A DNA stretch of 64,000 nt from contig CAVSBQ010000002.1 in NCBI GenBank assembly GCA_963726265.1, positions 352,001 through 416,000 of the forward strand, written 5' to 3'. The first letter of the stretch is position 1, and each line of letters begins with the position of its first letter. Source of the DNA: Candidatus Aenigmatarchaeota archaeon (GTDB lineage Archaea; Aenigmatarchaeota; Aenigmatarchaeia; QMZP01; QMZT01). The notes under the pieces are model-generated. The model was not told the DNA's origin. It was given only the letters and a program-made list of their open reading frames with translations, and ran no database searches. The position numbers and the translations under genes are program-made. Below are positions 50,196-60,241 of the stretch, piece after piece.

Positions 50196-51188
50196 TTACG
50201 GGATCGAGACCTTTTCCAGAATCTCCTTCACGATGTCGTCCGTCTTTATCCCCTCGGCCATGCCCTCGTAATTCAGGATTATCCTGTGGCGCATGACCGG
50301 CATGGCGATTTCCTTGACGAAATCAGGTATGACGAAATTCTTGCCGTGGAGAAGCGCGTTGGCCTTGGAAACTATGAAGAGCCCTATCGAAGCCCTCGGA
50401 GAGGAGCCGATTTCTATGTATTTGCCCAGCTTCAGGCCGTATTTTTTCGGCCTCCTGGTCGCGTCGACCAGGCTGACGCAATACTGCTCGACCTTCTGGC
50501 TCATATAAATCTTCTTGGTGTCCTCCTGCATCCTGATTATGTCCTGCGGGCTGATGGCAGCCCTTATCGCGAAGTCGTCGAACTTGTAAAGGTTGATGTT
50601 CTTCCTGAGTATCTTAATCTCCTCTTCGCTCGTCGGGTAGTCCATGTAAAGCTTGAGGAGGAACCTGTCTATCTGGGCCTCGGGCAGCGAATACGTGCCT
50701 GCGGATTCTATGGGGTTCTGGGTCGCCATGACGAAGAACGGGCTCGGCAGCAAGAACGTCTCCTTGCCTATCGTCACCTGCCTCTCGCCCATGGCCTCGA
50801 GGAGGGCGGACTGCGTTTTCGGCGGCGCTCTGTTTATTTCGTCCGCGAGGATGAAATTCGTGAACACCGGGCCCTTGACGACGTAGAAGCCCTTGTCCTT
50901 GTTGTATGCGGTTATGCCCGTGATGTCTGTGGGCAGCAAATCGACCGTGAACTGTATCCTCTTGAAGTCGCAGCCTGTCGCTTTCGCCACCGCGCGGATG
51001 AGAAGGGTCTTGGCTATGCCGGGAACGCCTTCCACGAGCGTGTGGCCGTTGCACAGGAGGCCGAGAAAAAGGCCGCTGACGACGTCATGCTGGCCGACTA
51101 TGAGTTTCGCTATTTCCTTTTTCACGAGGTCCAGCTTTGCCCTGTGGGCTTCTATTGTCCTTTCGTCCACACCCTCGGCTTCGGCCAT
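50196..51188 (-). CDS. moxR: MoxR-family AAA+ ATPase
   Basis: EGVPGIAKT, RIQFTVDLLPTDITG, DEINRAPPKTQSALLEAM, ATQNPIE and LPEAQIDRF motifs. Confidence 0.95.
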   Translation of the reverse strand: MAEAEGVDERTIEAHRAKLDLVKKEIAKLIVGQHDVVSGLFLGLLCNGHTLVEGVPGIAKTLLIRAVAKATGCDFKRIQFTVDLLPTDITGITAYNKDKGFYVVKGPVFTNFILADEINRAPPKTQSALLEAMGERQVTIGKETFLLPSPFFVMATQNPIESAGTYSLPEAQIDRFLLKLYMDYPTSEEEIKILRKNINLYKFDDFAIRAAISPQDIIRMQEDTKKIYMSQKVEQYCVSLVDATRRPKKYGLKLGKYIEIGSSPRASIGLFIVSKANALLHGKNFVIPDFVKEIAMPVMRHRIILNYEGMAEGIKTDDIVKEILEKVSIP

Positions 51189-51318
51189 AATAAACTATTG
51201 TCCCCGACAATATAAATTTTAACGCAAATCTGGACGCGTTCCTGCGGTGTTTGATTCCATGCTTGATGCCTTTATTTAATCGTTCAGGAACAATTATTAC
51301 ATATATAGGGTTGACTTC

Positions 51319-54300
51319 ATGAAGGGGAATGCAGGGTTATTGGTAGCTTTGCTGATAGTGCTTGTTTCAGCCGTTTTTATTTTGATACCATTACGCTTCA
51401 GCGGCTTCTTCGCCTTGACAACGGGCGAAAACGCAAGCCTGGCGCTGTGGGATATAACCGATTCCCAGGGAGGCAATCTATACGTCTACGCCGACGGCAG
51501 CCCGCTGGGCAGCAGGGAGAACTCGACGACCCTGGCAAGATTTTATGCAAACTACACCAACATCACGTCAGGCCAATCGATAAACGGGACTGGCGTCGTG
51601 TGCAACATAAGCTTCAACGTCTCCGGCGCTTTCACTTCGCCCGCTAACATGTGGTTCAACGCTTCATCAAGGCTTTATGTATACAACAGGAGCTTCGCCT
51701 CGCGCGGCCTCTACCCGTGGAACGCGACGTGCTACGGCTCTTCGCAGAATTACGACACGCTGACCACGGTGGACAACGTGACCGTCACCAACACGCCCGC
51801 GGGCATATACGTCCCGCTCCTGACAAAAACCTGCTACGAGGACACGATCTGTTACCACAACTTCAGCGCGGACTGCTACGACATAGACGACGTCGACGAG
51901 AACAACCTCACCTACGGCTACAAGGCCGGCACGGATTTCAGCGGCTTCGGCATAAACACCTCCACGGGCAACATCACCGTTTACGTGACGAATGACACGG
52001 CCTGCGGTGACTTCTACGTCACGCTCATAGACAAGGATTCAACAGGCTGGGGCTCGACCGCGGACAAGGAGTTCGTCGTCAACGCGGTCAACGACGCGCC
52101 CAGCCTCGGCAGCGTCCAGAGCAGCTCCTACCAGAATTCATCGCTCTATTATGACATAGACGCTACCGACGAGGAAACACCGAGCGGACCGTTCTTTTTC
52201 AACATAACGTTTCTCGCATGCTACAGGCCGTTCAGCTCGCAGCACACCAACGTGAGCAACTGCACCGGCCTTTTCGCGATAAACAGCTCGACGGGCGTGA
52301 TAAACAGGACCGTGGTCTTCGCCAACAGCGAGGTCGGCAACTACACCGTGAATTTCACCGTGACGGATACGGGCAACAACCTCAGCGGAACCTCGACACC
52401 GCCGTATGCGTGGCTGTTCAACGAGACGGACGCGCACGTCATCAACTTCACTGTCATCGACATAAACGACAGGCCGGCCATAAGCGCCGTGGCGAACCAG
52501 TTCTGGTCGCAGGGCCAGAGCGTCACGCTCGTCATAAACGCGAGCGACATCGACAACGGCACGCTCGCGTTCAGCGCGACAACACTATATCGCAACCTTT
52601 CCTCGTATTACAACACGTCCCTTTTCCCGGTTGCTTTCAACGAGACTCTCCGCCTAGACAACGGCACGAGCCTCGGCAACGCCACGCTCAATTTCGCCCC
52701 GCTGCTCAACGGCCAGGTGGGCAACTACACGCTGAATTTCTCGGTTTACGACGGCAGGCAGAACGGCACGCAGTCGCTTCTCGTCAACTTCACCATATAC
52801 AACATAAACGACCAGCCCAGCCTGAATTTCAGTTGCAGGAATTATTCAGTCGAGGGCGTCGGGTATTACTGCAACGTGGGCCAGAACACGACCGACCCTG
52901 ATAATTTCGCGTCTTACGTGCCCTACACGGACGCGGTAAACGGCACGCTCACCTACAGCATCAATTTCACCTACTGCAACAAGACCTTCAATGCGAGCGA
53001 TACCAACTGCTCGATATTCGCCATCAACCAGACGACGGGCGTCATAAACTATACGACTCCTCTAAGGAATGACACCGGCAACTACACGCTGAACGTCACC
53101 GTCACCGACGGCGGCAATCTTGCAGCATCCTCCGTGTTCAATTTCACCGTTATCGCGGACTACGCGCCGAACATAACCACGTCAATCGCCTCGCAGACCG
53201 CCACGCAGGACCAGGCCTTCTTCCTGTCCGTCAACGCGACGGACCTGGACAACGCGACGGATACGCTGGCCTTCAGGACGGAAACCTATTACCGCAACGG
53301 CACGCTCCTGAATGCGACGAAATTCCCCATACAAACTGACCTTGGCTACTGGCCGCTCGGGCCTGCGACAGGCATGATGAACTACACCACCATCAACAAC
53401 TCCCAGGTCGGCAATTATACCGTAAAAATAATAGTAAACGATACGTGGGGCAGAGAGGATTACAGGCTCGTCAACTTCACCGTTTACAACGCCAACGATC
53501 CGCCGGTCATAAACTTTACGTGCCTGAATGCGACGAATGAAACCACATACTACTCTCCCACCAGTTATCTTTGCAACGTCGGCCAGAACACGACCGACCC
53601 CGACCAGCAGACGCCTTACGGCGACACGCTGACTTACGGCATGGCCTTCCTCGCCGGCCTTCCGCTCTTCTCCATCAACCCGGCGACGGGCCTGATAAAT
53701 TTCTCCGCGGCAAACGATTCGTGGGCCAACAGCTCGCTCAACTTCACGTATGCCGTCAACATAACCGTCAGCGACAGCAGCGGCCTGGGCGCCTCGCAGA
53801 CGCTCAACATAACCGTTTACGCGGTCAACGACCCGCCCGAGCTCAATTTCACCAACACGAGCATAAGCGTGAACTCGACTTATTTCGAGAACGTGAGCGC
53901 TGAAATGAGGGACGAGGAGAATGACGCGCCTTTCGCATTCAACGTGACTTTTGTCAACTGTTCTAAAACGAATACGAGCGATACCAACTGCTCGATATTC
54001 GCCATCAACCAAACGACCGGGGTCATAAACTTCTCCGCGCTCGAGAAGGACAGGGGCAACTACACGCTGAACGTCACCGTCAGGGACAGCGGCAATACGA
54101 CTTACCCGCACAATGCAACAGGCTGGAAGCTCGTGAGCTTCAGGCTAACCGCCATGAACCATGCGCCCGGCGCGGACATAGTGGGAACGTTCAACATCAA
54201 CTGGACCTACACTAGCAGCTTCAGCGAGAACGACACCATAACCTTCATGATAAACGTTTCCGACGCGGACGGCGATACGCTCTCTTGCACGTGGTTCAGA

Positions 54301-55539
54301 AACTCGACGCAGATAGGGAGCGTGGAATCGTGCCAGGACGACAGCACGTGGGAATACACGCCGGGCTTCGATGAAGCCGGCTACTGGACCATGAGGCTGC
54401 AGGTCAGCGATTCGCAAAGCACCGCCTATGACGAATGGAACGTGAACATAAGCAACAGGAACAGGCCGCCCGAGCTCATCTATCCTGCGCAGAACCAGTC
54501 GTGGAACATGAACACCGTGAACAGGAACATAGTCCTGTCCTACAACTTCCGCGACCCTGACAACGAGAACAGCGTCTCGAACGACGACAACAACCTGACC
54601 ATAAACTATACCGGGCCGCAGCATGTAACCGTCATGATAGACGACCATCTCCCGCCCCTGAGCATAGAGCCGGCGAACTGGACGAACAAGGCCGCCGTCA
54701 CGCTCACGCCGCAGACGGACTGGTACGGCATTGAAAGCATCATATTTACCGTCAACGATTCGCAGGCTTCGGCTTCGAGCAACAACATAACCCTGAACGT
54801 CAGCTACACGGAAGCCACGCAGCAGACGGTGGTCCAGCAGAGCGGCGGTGGCGGCGGAGGCGCAACGTCCTCCGGGACCAAGGTGGCATCGCTCACCATA
54901 ACCGTCTCGCCCATGGAAAAGATAAAGGCGTTCAACCGGACCTCCGCCGTCGTGACGCTTAAGAACACGGGCCAGGTGGTGCTCAGCAACATAAGCATTA
55001 GAGTTTACGTGAAAGAGGCCAACGATATTGCCCCAAGCCTCACCAAGAGTTCCGTCGGTCAGCTCACCACCAACGAGGAAGCCAACACGACGCTGAACAT
55101 AGTGACATACGAGCTCACCAAGGACAACTATGAGGTAAAGCTGACCGCGAGTGTTGCCGACCCGAAGTTCAACCAGTCGACCACCATATACATAAGGCCC
55201 ATTTTCAACGAGACCAGGCTGGAAGAGAGGATACAGGTCGCGAGGGACCTTTTCCAGGACAACCCCGAGTGCATAGACCTCATGGAGCTCATATTCCAGG
55301 CGGAAAAGGAGGTCACCGGCAACAACGTGGAGAAGGCGAAACAGCTGACCGAGAGCGCTATCGAGAACTGCAGGGACATCATACAATACGCGAACGCGAC
55401 CAAGAGGAAGGTCACCCCCGAAGCTGAGACCATACCCATAAACGAGATAACGATAGCGCTCCTTTTCATAAGCCTCGTCGCAGTCGTGGCCTACAACATG
55501 GCGGAAAAAAGGGCGCAGGCCAGGAAGGAGAAAAAATAA
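51319..55539 (+). CDS. Large surface protein with cadherin/Ig-like repeats and a TM at both ends
   Basis: Repeated FAINxTTGVIN..GNYTxNxTVxD..(V/I)NDxP units, SGGGGGG linker, CARDB-like domain, C-terminal TM and basic tail; very many NxS/T sequons. Confidence 0.88.
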   Translation: MKGNAGLLVALLIVLVSAVFILIPLRFSGFFALTTGENASLALWDITDSQGGNLYVYADGSPLGSRENSTTLARFYANYTNITSGQSINGTGVVCNISFNVSGAFTSPANMWFNASSRLYVYNRSFASRGLYPWNATCYGSSQNYDTLTTVDNVTVTNTPAGIYVPLLTKTCYEDTICYHNFSADCYDIDDVDENNLTYGYKAGTDFSGFGINTSTGNITVYVTNDTACGDFYVTLIDKDSTGWGSTADKEFVVNAVNDAPSLGSVQSSSYQNSSLYYDIDATDEETPSGPFFFNITFLACYRPFSSQHTNVSNCTGLFAINSSTGVINRTVVFANSEVGNYTVNFTVTDTGNNLSGTSTPPYAWLFNETDAHVINFTVIDINDRPAISAVANQFWSQGQSVTLVINASDIDNGTLAFSATTLYRNLSSYYNTSLFPVAFNETLRLDNGTSLGNATLNFAPLLNGQVGNYTLNFSVYDGRQNGTQSLLVNFTIYNINDQPSLNFSCRNYSVEGVGYYCNVGQNTTDPDNFASYVPYTDAVNGTLTYSINFTYCNKTFNASDTNCSIFAINQTTGVINYTTPLRNDTGNYTLNVTVTDGGNLAASSVFNFTVIADYAPNITTSIASQTATQDQAFFLSVNATDLDNATDTLAFRTETYYRNGTLLNATKFPIQTDLGYWPLGPATGMMNYTTINNSQVGNYTVKIIVNDTWGREDYRLVNFTVYNANDPPVINFTCLNATNETTYYSPTSYLCNVGQNTTDPDQQTPYGDTLTYGMAFLAGLPLFSINPATGLINFSAANDSWANSSLNFTYAVNITVSDSSGLGASQTLNITVYAVNDPPELNFTNTSISVNSTYFENVSAEMRDEENDAPFAFNVTFVNCSKTNTSDTNCSIFAINQTTGVINFSALEKDRGNYTLNVTVRDSGNTTYPHNATGWKLVSFRLTAMNHAPGADIVGTFNINWTYTSSFSENDTITFMINVSDADGDTLSCTWFRNSTQIGSVESCQDDSTWEYTPGFDEAGYWTMRLQVSDSQSTAYDEWNVNISNRNRPPELIYPAQNQSWNMNTVNRNIVLSYNFRDPDNENSVSNDDNNLTINYTGPQHVTVMIDDHLPPLSIEPANWTNKAAVTLTPQTDWYGIESIIFTVNDSQASASSNNITLNVSYTEATQQTVVQQSGGGGGGATSSGTKVASLTITVSPMEKIKAFNRTSAVVTLKNTGQVVLSNISIRVYVKEANDIAPSLTKSSVGQLTTNEEANTTLNIVTYELTKDNYEVKLTASVADPKFNQSTTIYIRPIFNETRLEERIQVARDLFQDNPECIDLMELIFQAEKEVTGNNVEKAKQLTESAIENCRDIIQYANATKRKVTPEAETIPINEITIALLFISLVAVVAYNMAEKRAQARKEKK

Positions 55540-55601
55540 ATAATTAGATGCGGACCAGATATGTATAAAAGCGAAAACAAGAAAGAAGGAGAAAAGAAAG
55601 G

Positions 55602-55781
55602 ATGATATCGGGCATGTGTTCCGTATGCGGCCAGGTTACCAAAACCCCCCATTCCTGCTTATCTTGCGGGGCGATAGTCTGCGAGCAGCATTATGATTTC
55701 ACGTCCGGCTTCTGCCCGCGCTGCAAAGCAAGGCTTAAGCACATCGAGCAGCGCGGACCGAGTGCCCCGAGGCATTTTTGA
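55602..55781 (+). CDS. Small zinc-finger protein (59 aa)
   Basis: Below the ORF-track cutoff: MISGMCSVCGQVTKTPHSCLSCGAIVCEQHYDFTSGFCPRCKARLKHIEQRGPSAPRHF, with CxxC, CxxC, CxxH and CxxC. Confidence 0.8.
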   Translation: MISGMCSVCGQVTKTPHSCLSCGAIVCEQHYDFTSGFCPRCKARLKHIEQRGPSAPRHF

Positions 55782-55841
55782 GGGGAAACAGGAAAAACAT
55801 TTTCAGCAAACTTAAAAGTAGGCGCAGGAATATTATATCAC

Positions 55842-55966
55842 GCCGGGATGGCGGAATGGTAACGCGCTAGCCTGGAAAAAGGCTTAGGATTCCGCTGATG
55901 CGGAATTAACAAAAACAGACAGCTAGTCTCCTTACGGGGTCCTGGGTTCGAATCCCAGTCCCGGCG
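55842..55966 (+). tRNA. tRNA-Ser(GGA) with canonical 37/38 intron (55878-55920, 43 nt)
   Basis: Acceptor stem GCCGGGA/TCCCGGC, anticodon stem CTAGC/GCTAG, long variable arm, TTCGAAT T-loop, G discriminator. Confidence 0.88.
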
Positions 55967-55994
55967 TTTTAAAACTAAAAACGAAGGTAATCGC

Positions 55995-56711
55995 ATGAAT
56001 CAGGCCAATGCGGAAAAGGGTTTGGAGAAAATCGAGAAAATCCTGTTGCCGGAGCCTTTCGCTTCGCTGACGGGCGGGATAGAGCGCGGAGCGCTCACGA
56101 ACTTCTACGGCCCGCCAGGCGTGGGCAAGACGAACGTCTGCATACTTGCCGCGCTGGAATGCATAAAGAAAGGCGGCCGCGTGATTTACATAGACACCGA
56201 AGGCGGACTCTCGCCGGAGCGCATAATGCAGATAAGCGGCGACGAAAGCGACCTGGAAAATATAATAGTCATCGAGCCGAAAACGTTCGAGGAGCAGGGC
56301 GTCGTGATAAAGAACCTGGAAAGCCAGGGCCAGGCCTTCGACATGCTGATACTCGACTCTGCGGTCGCTCTTTACAGGCTGAAATGCGCCGACCAGGACA
56401 GGGAAACGCTCGATACCAACAAGGACCTTTCCGTCCAGCTTTCAGTCCTTTCCAACCTTGCGAGAAGGAAAAAAATCCCCGTCATCATAACCGCGCACGC
56501 CTTCAGGAACTGGGACACGGGCGAGAACCAGATGATCGGCGGCGACGCGATAAGATACTGGTCAAAAGCGATCGTCTACATCGAGCACACGGGAAAAATG
56601 AGCGAGCGCAAGGCGACAATAATCAAGCACCGCTCGATGCCTGAAGGGAAATTCGCGAAATTCGAGCTCGTCGCCGACGGCATAAAGCCCAGCGGCTTCA
56701 GGATTTTTTAA
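55995..56711 (+). CDS. radB: DNA repair protein RadB
   Basis: GPPGVGKTN, YIDTEGGLSPER, LILDS and the RadB-type KHRS motif; no N-terminal RadA domain. Confidence 0.92.
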   Translation: MNQANAEKGLEKIEKILLPEPFASLTGGIERGALTNFYGPPGVGKTNVCILAALECIKKGGRVIYIDTEGGLSPERIMQISGDESDLENIIVIEPKTFEEQGVVIKNLESQGQAFDMLILDSAVALYRLKCADQDRETLDTNKDLSVQLSVLSNLARRKKIPVIITAHAFRNWDTGENQMIGGDAIRYWSKAIVYIEHTGKMSERKATIIKHRSMPEGKFAKFELVADGIKPSGFRIF

Positions 56712-58890
56712 CATGGGCTGATGCGGCTGGCGCATGGGTTTCTCTTTTTTCTTGTTTTGCTGCCGGCTTGTTCTGATGTGATTCTGTTTTTTGTTTGGCG
56801 GCTACTGGTTTATTTTCTTTTCCTTTTGCATGCTCGTCCTTCTTGCCCTTGCCGAACTTGCTCCCGACGAAGCCGCATTTGACGCACAATTTCCATGGTC
56901 TCCGCTTGAACTGCTTGATAAGAACTATGTTCAGCCCGCACTTCTCGCACTTCTCGTCGCTGGCGGTGATGTAGCCCCTCTGCGGCAGCGGGTAGCTCTG
57001 CCTGCACTTCGGGTAGCCGGAGCAGCCGACGAAATGCTTCTTGGTCATGTGCGAGCGTATGATGCGCAGCTCTCCTTTGCATGCGGGGCACACGCCGACG
57101 AAATGCGCCATCTCCTGGAATTCCTTCACGCCCTCTTTCAATTCGTTGCCTATGTGCAGCTCGTGCTCCTTGAACTTGGCGAGTATCTTTTCCAAGTCCT
57201 TTTTAGAATGCTCCACTATTTCCTCGCGCTTCTTCTTGCCCTTCTGTATGAGCTCTATCTCCTCGTCCAGCGTCTTGGTCAGCTCCTCTGAAATTATCTC
57301 GGGGCAGTGTTTCTCCAGCGACTCGACGACGGCCGAGCCGAGCGCCGTCACGCGTATGGACTTGTCCTTTATGTATTCCCTGTCGTAAAGCGTCTGCAGG
57401 ATTTGCGCGCGCGTCGCTTTCGTCCCGAGGTTCCTGTCCTCCATTATCTTGAGAATCGAGGCCTGCGAGAAGCGGTCGGGAGGCGTCGTCTCCTTCTCGC
57501 TCATCTTCACCTCGGACTTTTCGAGCGCGTCGCCTTTCGCCATTCCAGGCAGCAGCTGCTCCTTGAACTTCGCGTAACGGCCGTAAAACTCCATCCACTC
57601 GGACTTGATGGTTCTGACCCCGAAGGCCTTGAATTTCTCCCCGTTCGAGTCTATGACCGCGGTTATGCGCTCCCTTATCGCGGCGTCAGCGAAAGTGGAA
57701 AGGAATCTCCTGACTATTAAATCATAAACGTTGCGCTGGTAGCCGCCCAGCTTGACGGGCTCCTGGCCCGTCGGGAATATCGCCGGATGGGCGAGGTCCT
57801 CCTTTTCGCCTTCCCTGGGGACGAGCTTCTCCTTCCTGAGCAGCTTGCCGCAGAGCGCTGCATAATCCTTCTGTCCGGCCAGGCGCTCGATTATGGCCTT
57901 TAAGCCAAGCTTCTGAGGCAGCTTCTGGCTCGATGTCCTCGGGTAGGAAATGAGCGCATGCTCGTAAAGCGTTTGAGCGACGTCTAGCGTCATTTTCGGC
58001 GAATAGCCGAAGACGTTGAAGGCCTCGCGCTGCAGCGTAGTCAAATCGAAAGGCGTGGGCGGCAACTGCTTTACCATCTTCTTCTCGACTGATTCGACCG
58101 CTGCTTTCTTGCCGCTGCATTTTTTGAAAATGCCGTCCGCCTGCACCTTTTCCCAGAAGCGGTCGGTTGAATGGAAGGCGATTATCCCGTTGCCGTTCAC
58201 CAGGCCGTGAAGCTCAATTGTCCAGAAAAGCTCGGGGACGAAGCTTCCGATTTCGCGTTCGCGTTCCTCGAGGATCTTGAGCGTCGGTCCCTGAACTCGC
58301 CCGACTGAAAGGGTCCAATAGCCGCTCGCCCTTTCCAGCGCGAGTGTTAGCGCTCTTGAAAGGTTTATGCCCCACATGAAATCCAGCGTATGCCTGGTCA
58401 GGCCGGCCTCTATCTGCGGGAAGTCGAGATGCGGCGAAGCGTCCCTGAACGCGTCGACTATGTCGCCCTTGGTGAGCGTGGAGAACTTCATGCGTTTCCC
58501 GTCCTTCGCCCCGCATATGAAGCGGATTATGTTATAGGCGATGGTCGAACCCTCGATGTCGTAGTCGCAGGCCGACACGAACTCGTTCGCTCCTTTCGAG
58601 AGCTTCGCTATGGCGTTGTAGTATTTCTGCGCCCACAGGTTGTTCTTGTCGTCGAAGGTCGGCCTCCATTCCACGTCGAAGACCGGATACGTCCATTTCG
58701 CCTTCTTGTTCTTTTCATCGAGAACGAACAGATGCCCGACCGCCGGGACGACTACTATCTCCTTCCCGGCGTGCTTTATCCTAAAATATGAGCTTGCCTT
58801 GCCCGCTTTTTCAACCGCTCCGTCCGCAAGGGCGGAGGCGATTCTCTCGGCAGCGCTCGGCTTCTCGGCTATAATGAGCGTGTATGGCAT
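56698..58890 (-). CDS. topA: Type IA DNA topoisomerase (archaeal TopA)
   Basis: IIAEKPSAA, ACDYDIEG, SVGRVQGPTL, ISYPRT (catalytic Tyr), LGTKATR and C-terminal Zn ribbons. Confidence 0.95.
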   Translation of the reverse strand: MPYTLIIAEKPSAAERIASALADGAVEKAGKASSYFRIKHAGKEIVVVPAVGHLFVLDEKNKKAKWTYPVFDVEWRPTFDDKNNLWAQKYYNAIAKLSKGANEFVSACDYDIEGSTIAYNIIRFICGAKDGKRMKFSTLTKGDIVDAFRDASPHLDFPQIEAGLTRHTLDFMWGINLSRALTLALERASGYWTLSVGRVQGPTLKILEEREREIGSFVPELFWTIELHGLVNGNGIIAFHSTDRFWEKVQADGIFKKCSGKKAAVESVEKKMVKQLPPTPFDLTTLQREAFNVFGYSPKMTLDVAQTLYEHALISYPRTSSQKLPQKLGLKAIIERLAGQKDYAALCGKLLRKEKLVPREGEKEDLAHPAIFPTGQEPVKLGGYQRNVYDLIVRRFLSTFADAAIRERITAVIDSNGEKFKAFGVRTIKSEWMEFYGRYAKFKEQLLPGMAKGDALEKSEVKMSEKETTPPDRFSQASILKIMEDRNLGTKATRAQILQTLYDREYIKDKSIRVTALGSAVVESLEKHCPEIISEELTKTLDEEIELIQKGKKKREEIVEHSKKDLEKILAKFKEHELHIGNELKEGVKEFQEMAHFVGVCPACKGELRIIRSHMTKKHFVGCSGYPKCRQSYPLPQRGYITASDEKCEKCGLNIVLIKQFKRRPWKLCVKCGFVGSKFGKGKKDEHAKGKENKPVAAKQKTESHQNKPAAKQEKRETHAPAASAHVKKS

Positions 58891-58968
58891 AATACTATTA
58901 AAACTGGCGCATGCTTAAAAGTCTTGAGCCTTTTCGCTTCTGCCAGTTTTCTTTGTGACGAATGCCGC

Positions 58969-59223
58969 TCAGACCTTGAAAACGAAGTCGCCTTCCCTCA
59001 CCCTGTCCGCCACCTTCAGGCCGATTGACTCGCCTTTCTTCGCTTCGTGCACGCTCTTGTGCTCGACCTGCATCGAATCGATTTTCTGCCTGACGTTCGT
59101 CGACGTCCCCTCGATGGAAATCTCGTCACCGACCTTGACCGTGCCCTCCAGCTCGACTATGGCGACGCCTATCTTGGTGAAGTAATGCTTTATCTTGCCG
59201 ACTAGCTTCTTTTCCTCTGCCAT
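58969..59223 (-). CDS. Small beta-barrel protein (translation-factor-like / U32 peptidase C-terminal-like)
   Basis: VGKIKHYFTKIGVA..VKVGDEISIEG..SMQVEH..IGLKV..VREGD. Start set at the ATG at 59223. Confidence 0.8.
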   Translation of the reverse strand: MAEEKKLVGKIKHYFTKIGVAIVELEGTVKVGDEISIEGTSTNVRQKIDSMQVEHKSVHEAKKGESIGLKVADRVREGDFVFKV

Positions 59224-59302
59224 GTTTATTTCTTGAAAAAGGGGTTTAAAAGCGTGTTTAGAGGGCGGTTCAAGAACCGCAGAATCCAATGATTGCCCAA
59301 AC

Positions 59303-60214
59303 TTATCCATTCTTTTTCAGCTTATCTTCAAGCTCGCTTATCCTCTTCTTCAGCTCGACCATCTTCAGTTCGCGGCCCACGGACATCTTACTGAACTTCT
59401 CCAACTCCGTTATTTTATCCTCCAGCTTACTTTTGGATTCCTCCAGTTCCTTTGTCCTTTCACCGACTTTCTCCTCGAGTTCCCTGCTGTATTCCTCAAG
59501 CTTCTTCCTCGAGCCCTTGATTTCCTGAATCATGGCATTGAAGGCTGTGGAGAGGTTTCCAAGTTCATCCTTAGACCGGGCTTCCGTCACCGTGTCGAGG
59601 TTCCCCTTCTGCACCTCCATCGTCGCATGCTTGAGCTTGTAGATGTTTGTAAGCATGGCCTTGTTCATCAGGAACCAGACGAAGATGAAGCAAGTTGCTA
59701 TCCCGCACAGGATTAAAAATACGATGAAAAAGGCATATTCCATCACGCGCCCGTTCGACTTTTCGTTGGACAGGCCCTGGTGGATGACGGCAACTATCTT
59801 GTTGTTCACGATGAGCGGGGTGATGATGACGAACGCCGTCTTCTTTCCTTCCCTTTCACCTATGTTCTTGGTAGTCTCTATTCCCTGAAACGCATCGTCG
59901 ACCTCTTTCTTCTCCTCTTCGGTGATGAGCGGGGCGGCAGAGTTTTCGCTCGAGTATATCACCCTGTAATTCCTGCCCAATATCTCTGAAAACTCCACTT
60001 TTTCGTTGAAGAACTGCTCCAGCTTTGCCTTGTTTGCCGATGTCTCGAAGGCAAGGTCGCCGCTTTCAAGAAGAACCCTGTATGAACTCAGCCTGCCCAG
60101 CAGGAGCTCGCGTTCCGTGTTTATTTTGTTGTTGACCGTAAGCCCGCTGATGATGACGAGGATGATTGCCATGGGGACTATAGTCAGAAGCAGCGTCTTG
60201 TATCTGAGGAGCAT
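59303..60214 (-). CDS. Two-TM sensor-like protein with HAMP domain and coiled coil, no kinase domain
   Basis: TM, extracellular domain, TM, HAMP (GNLD..SKDELGNLSTAFNAM), LEEKVGERTKEL helix; ends at VGRELKMVELKKRISELE. Confidence 0.85.
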   Translation of the reverse strand: MLLRYKTLLLTIVPMAIILVIISGLTVNNKINTERELLLGRLSSYRVLLESGDLAFETSANKAKLEQFFNEKVEFSEILGRNYRVIYSSENSAAPLITEEEKKEVDDAFQGIETTKNIGEREGKKTAFVIITPLIVNNKIVAVIHQGLSNEKSNGRVMEYAFFIVFLILCGIATCFIFVWFLMNKAMLTNIYKLKHATMEVQKGNLDTVTEARSKDELGNLSTAFNAMIQEIKGSRKKLEEYSRELEEKVGERTKELEESKSKLEDKITELEKFSKMSVGRELKMVELKKRISELEDKLKKNG

Positions 60215-60241
60215 TTTACCATCTTTCGGCTTCTACCGGCT

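Noticed and set aside
52994..54085. Identical ~37-nt and ~28-nt repeats as CRISPR or att sites
   Set aside because: Only two copies about 1 kb apart, in frame within cadherin-like repeats; an intragenic duplication. No array or cas genes in the window.
50034..55386. Long antisense ORFs (e.g. 50034-51215, 53182-54111, 54145-55386)
   Set aside because: Shadow frames of well-supported genes caused by GC-rich third codon positions; no motifs.
55878..55920. Nested intron inside the tRNA-Ser intron
   Set aside because: The hairpin ATTCCGC-TGAT-GCGGAAT is not flanked by a convincing 4-bp helix with 3-nt bulges.
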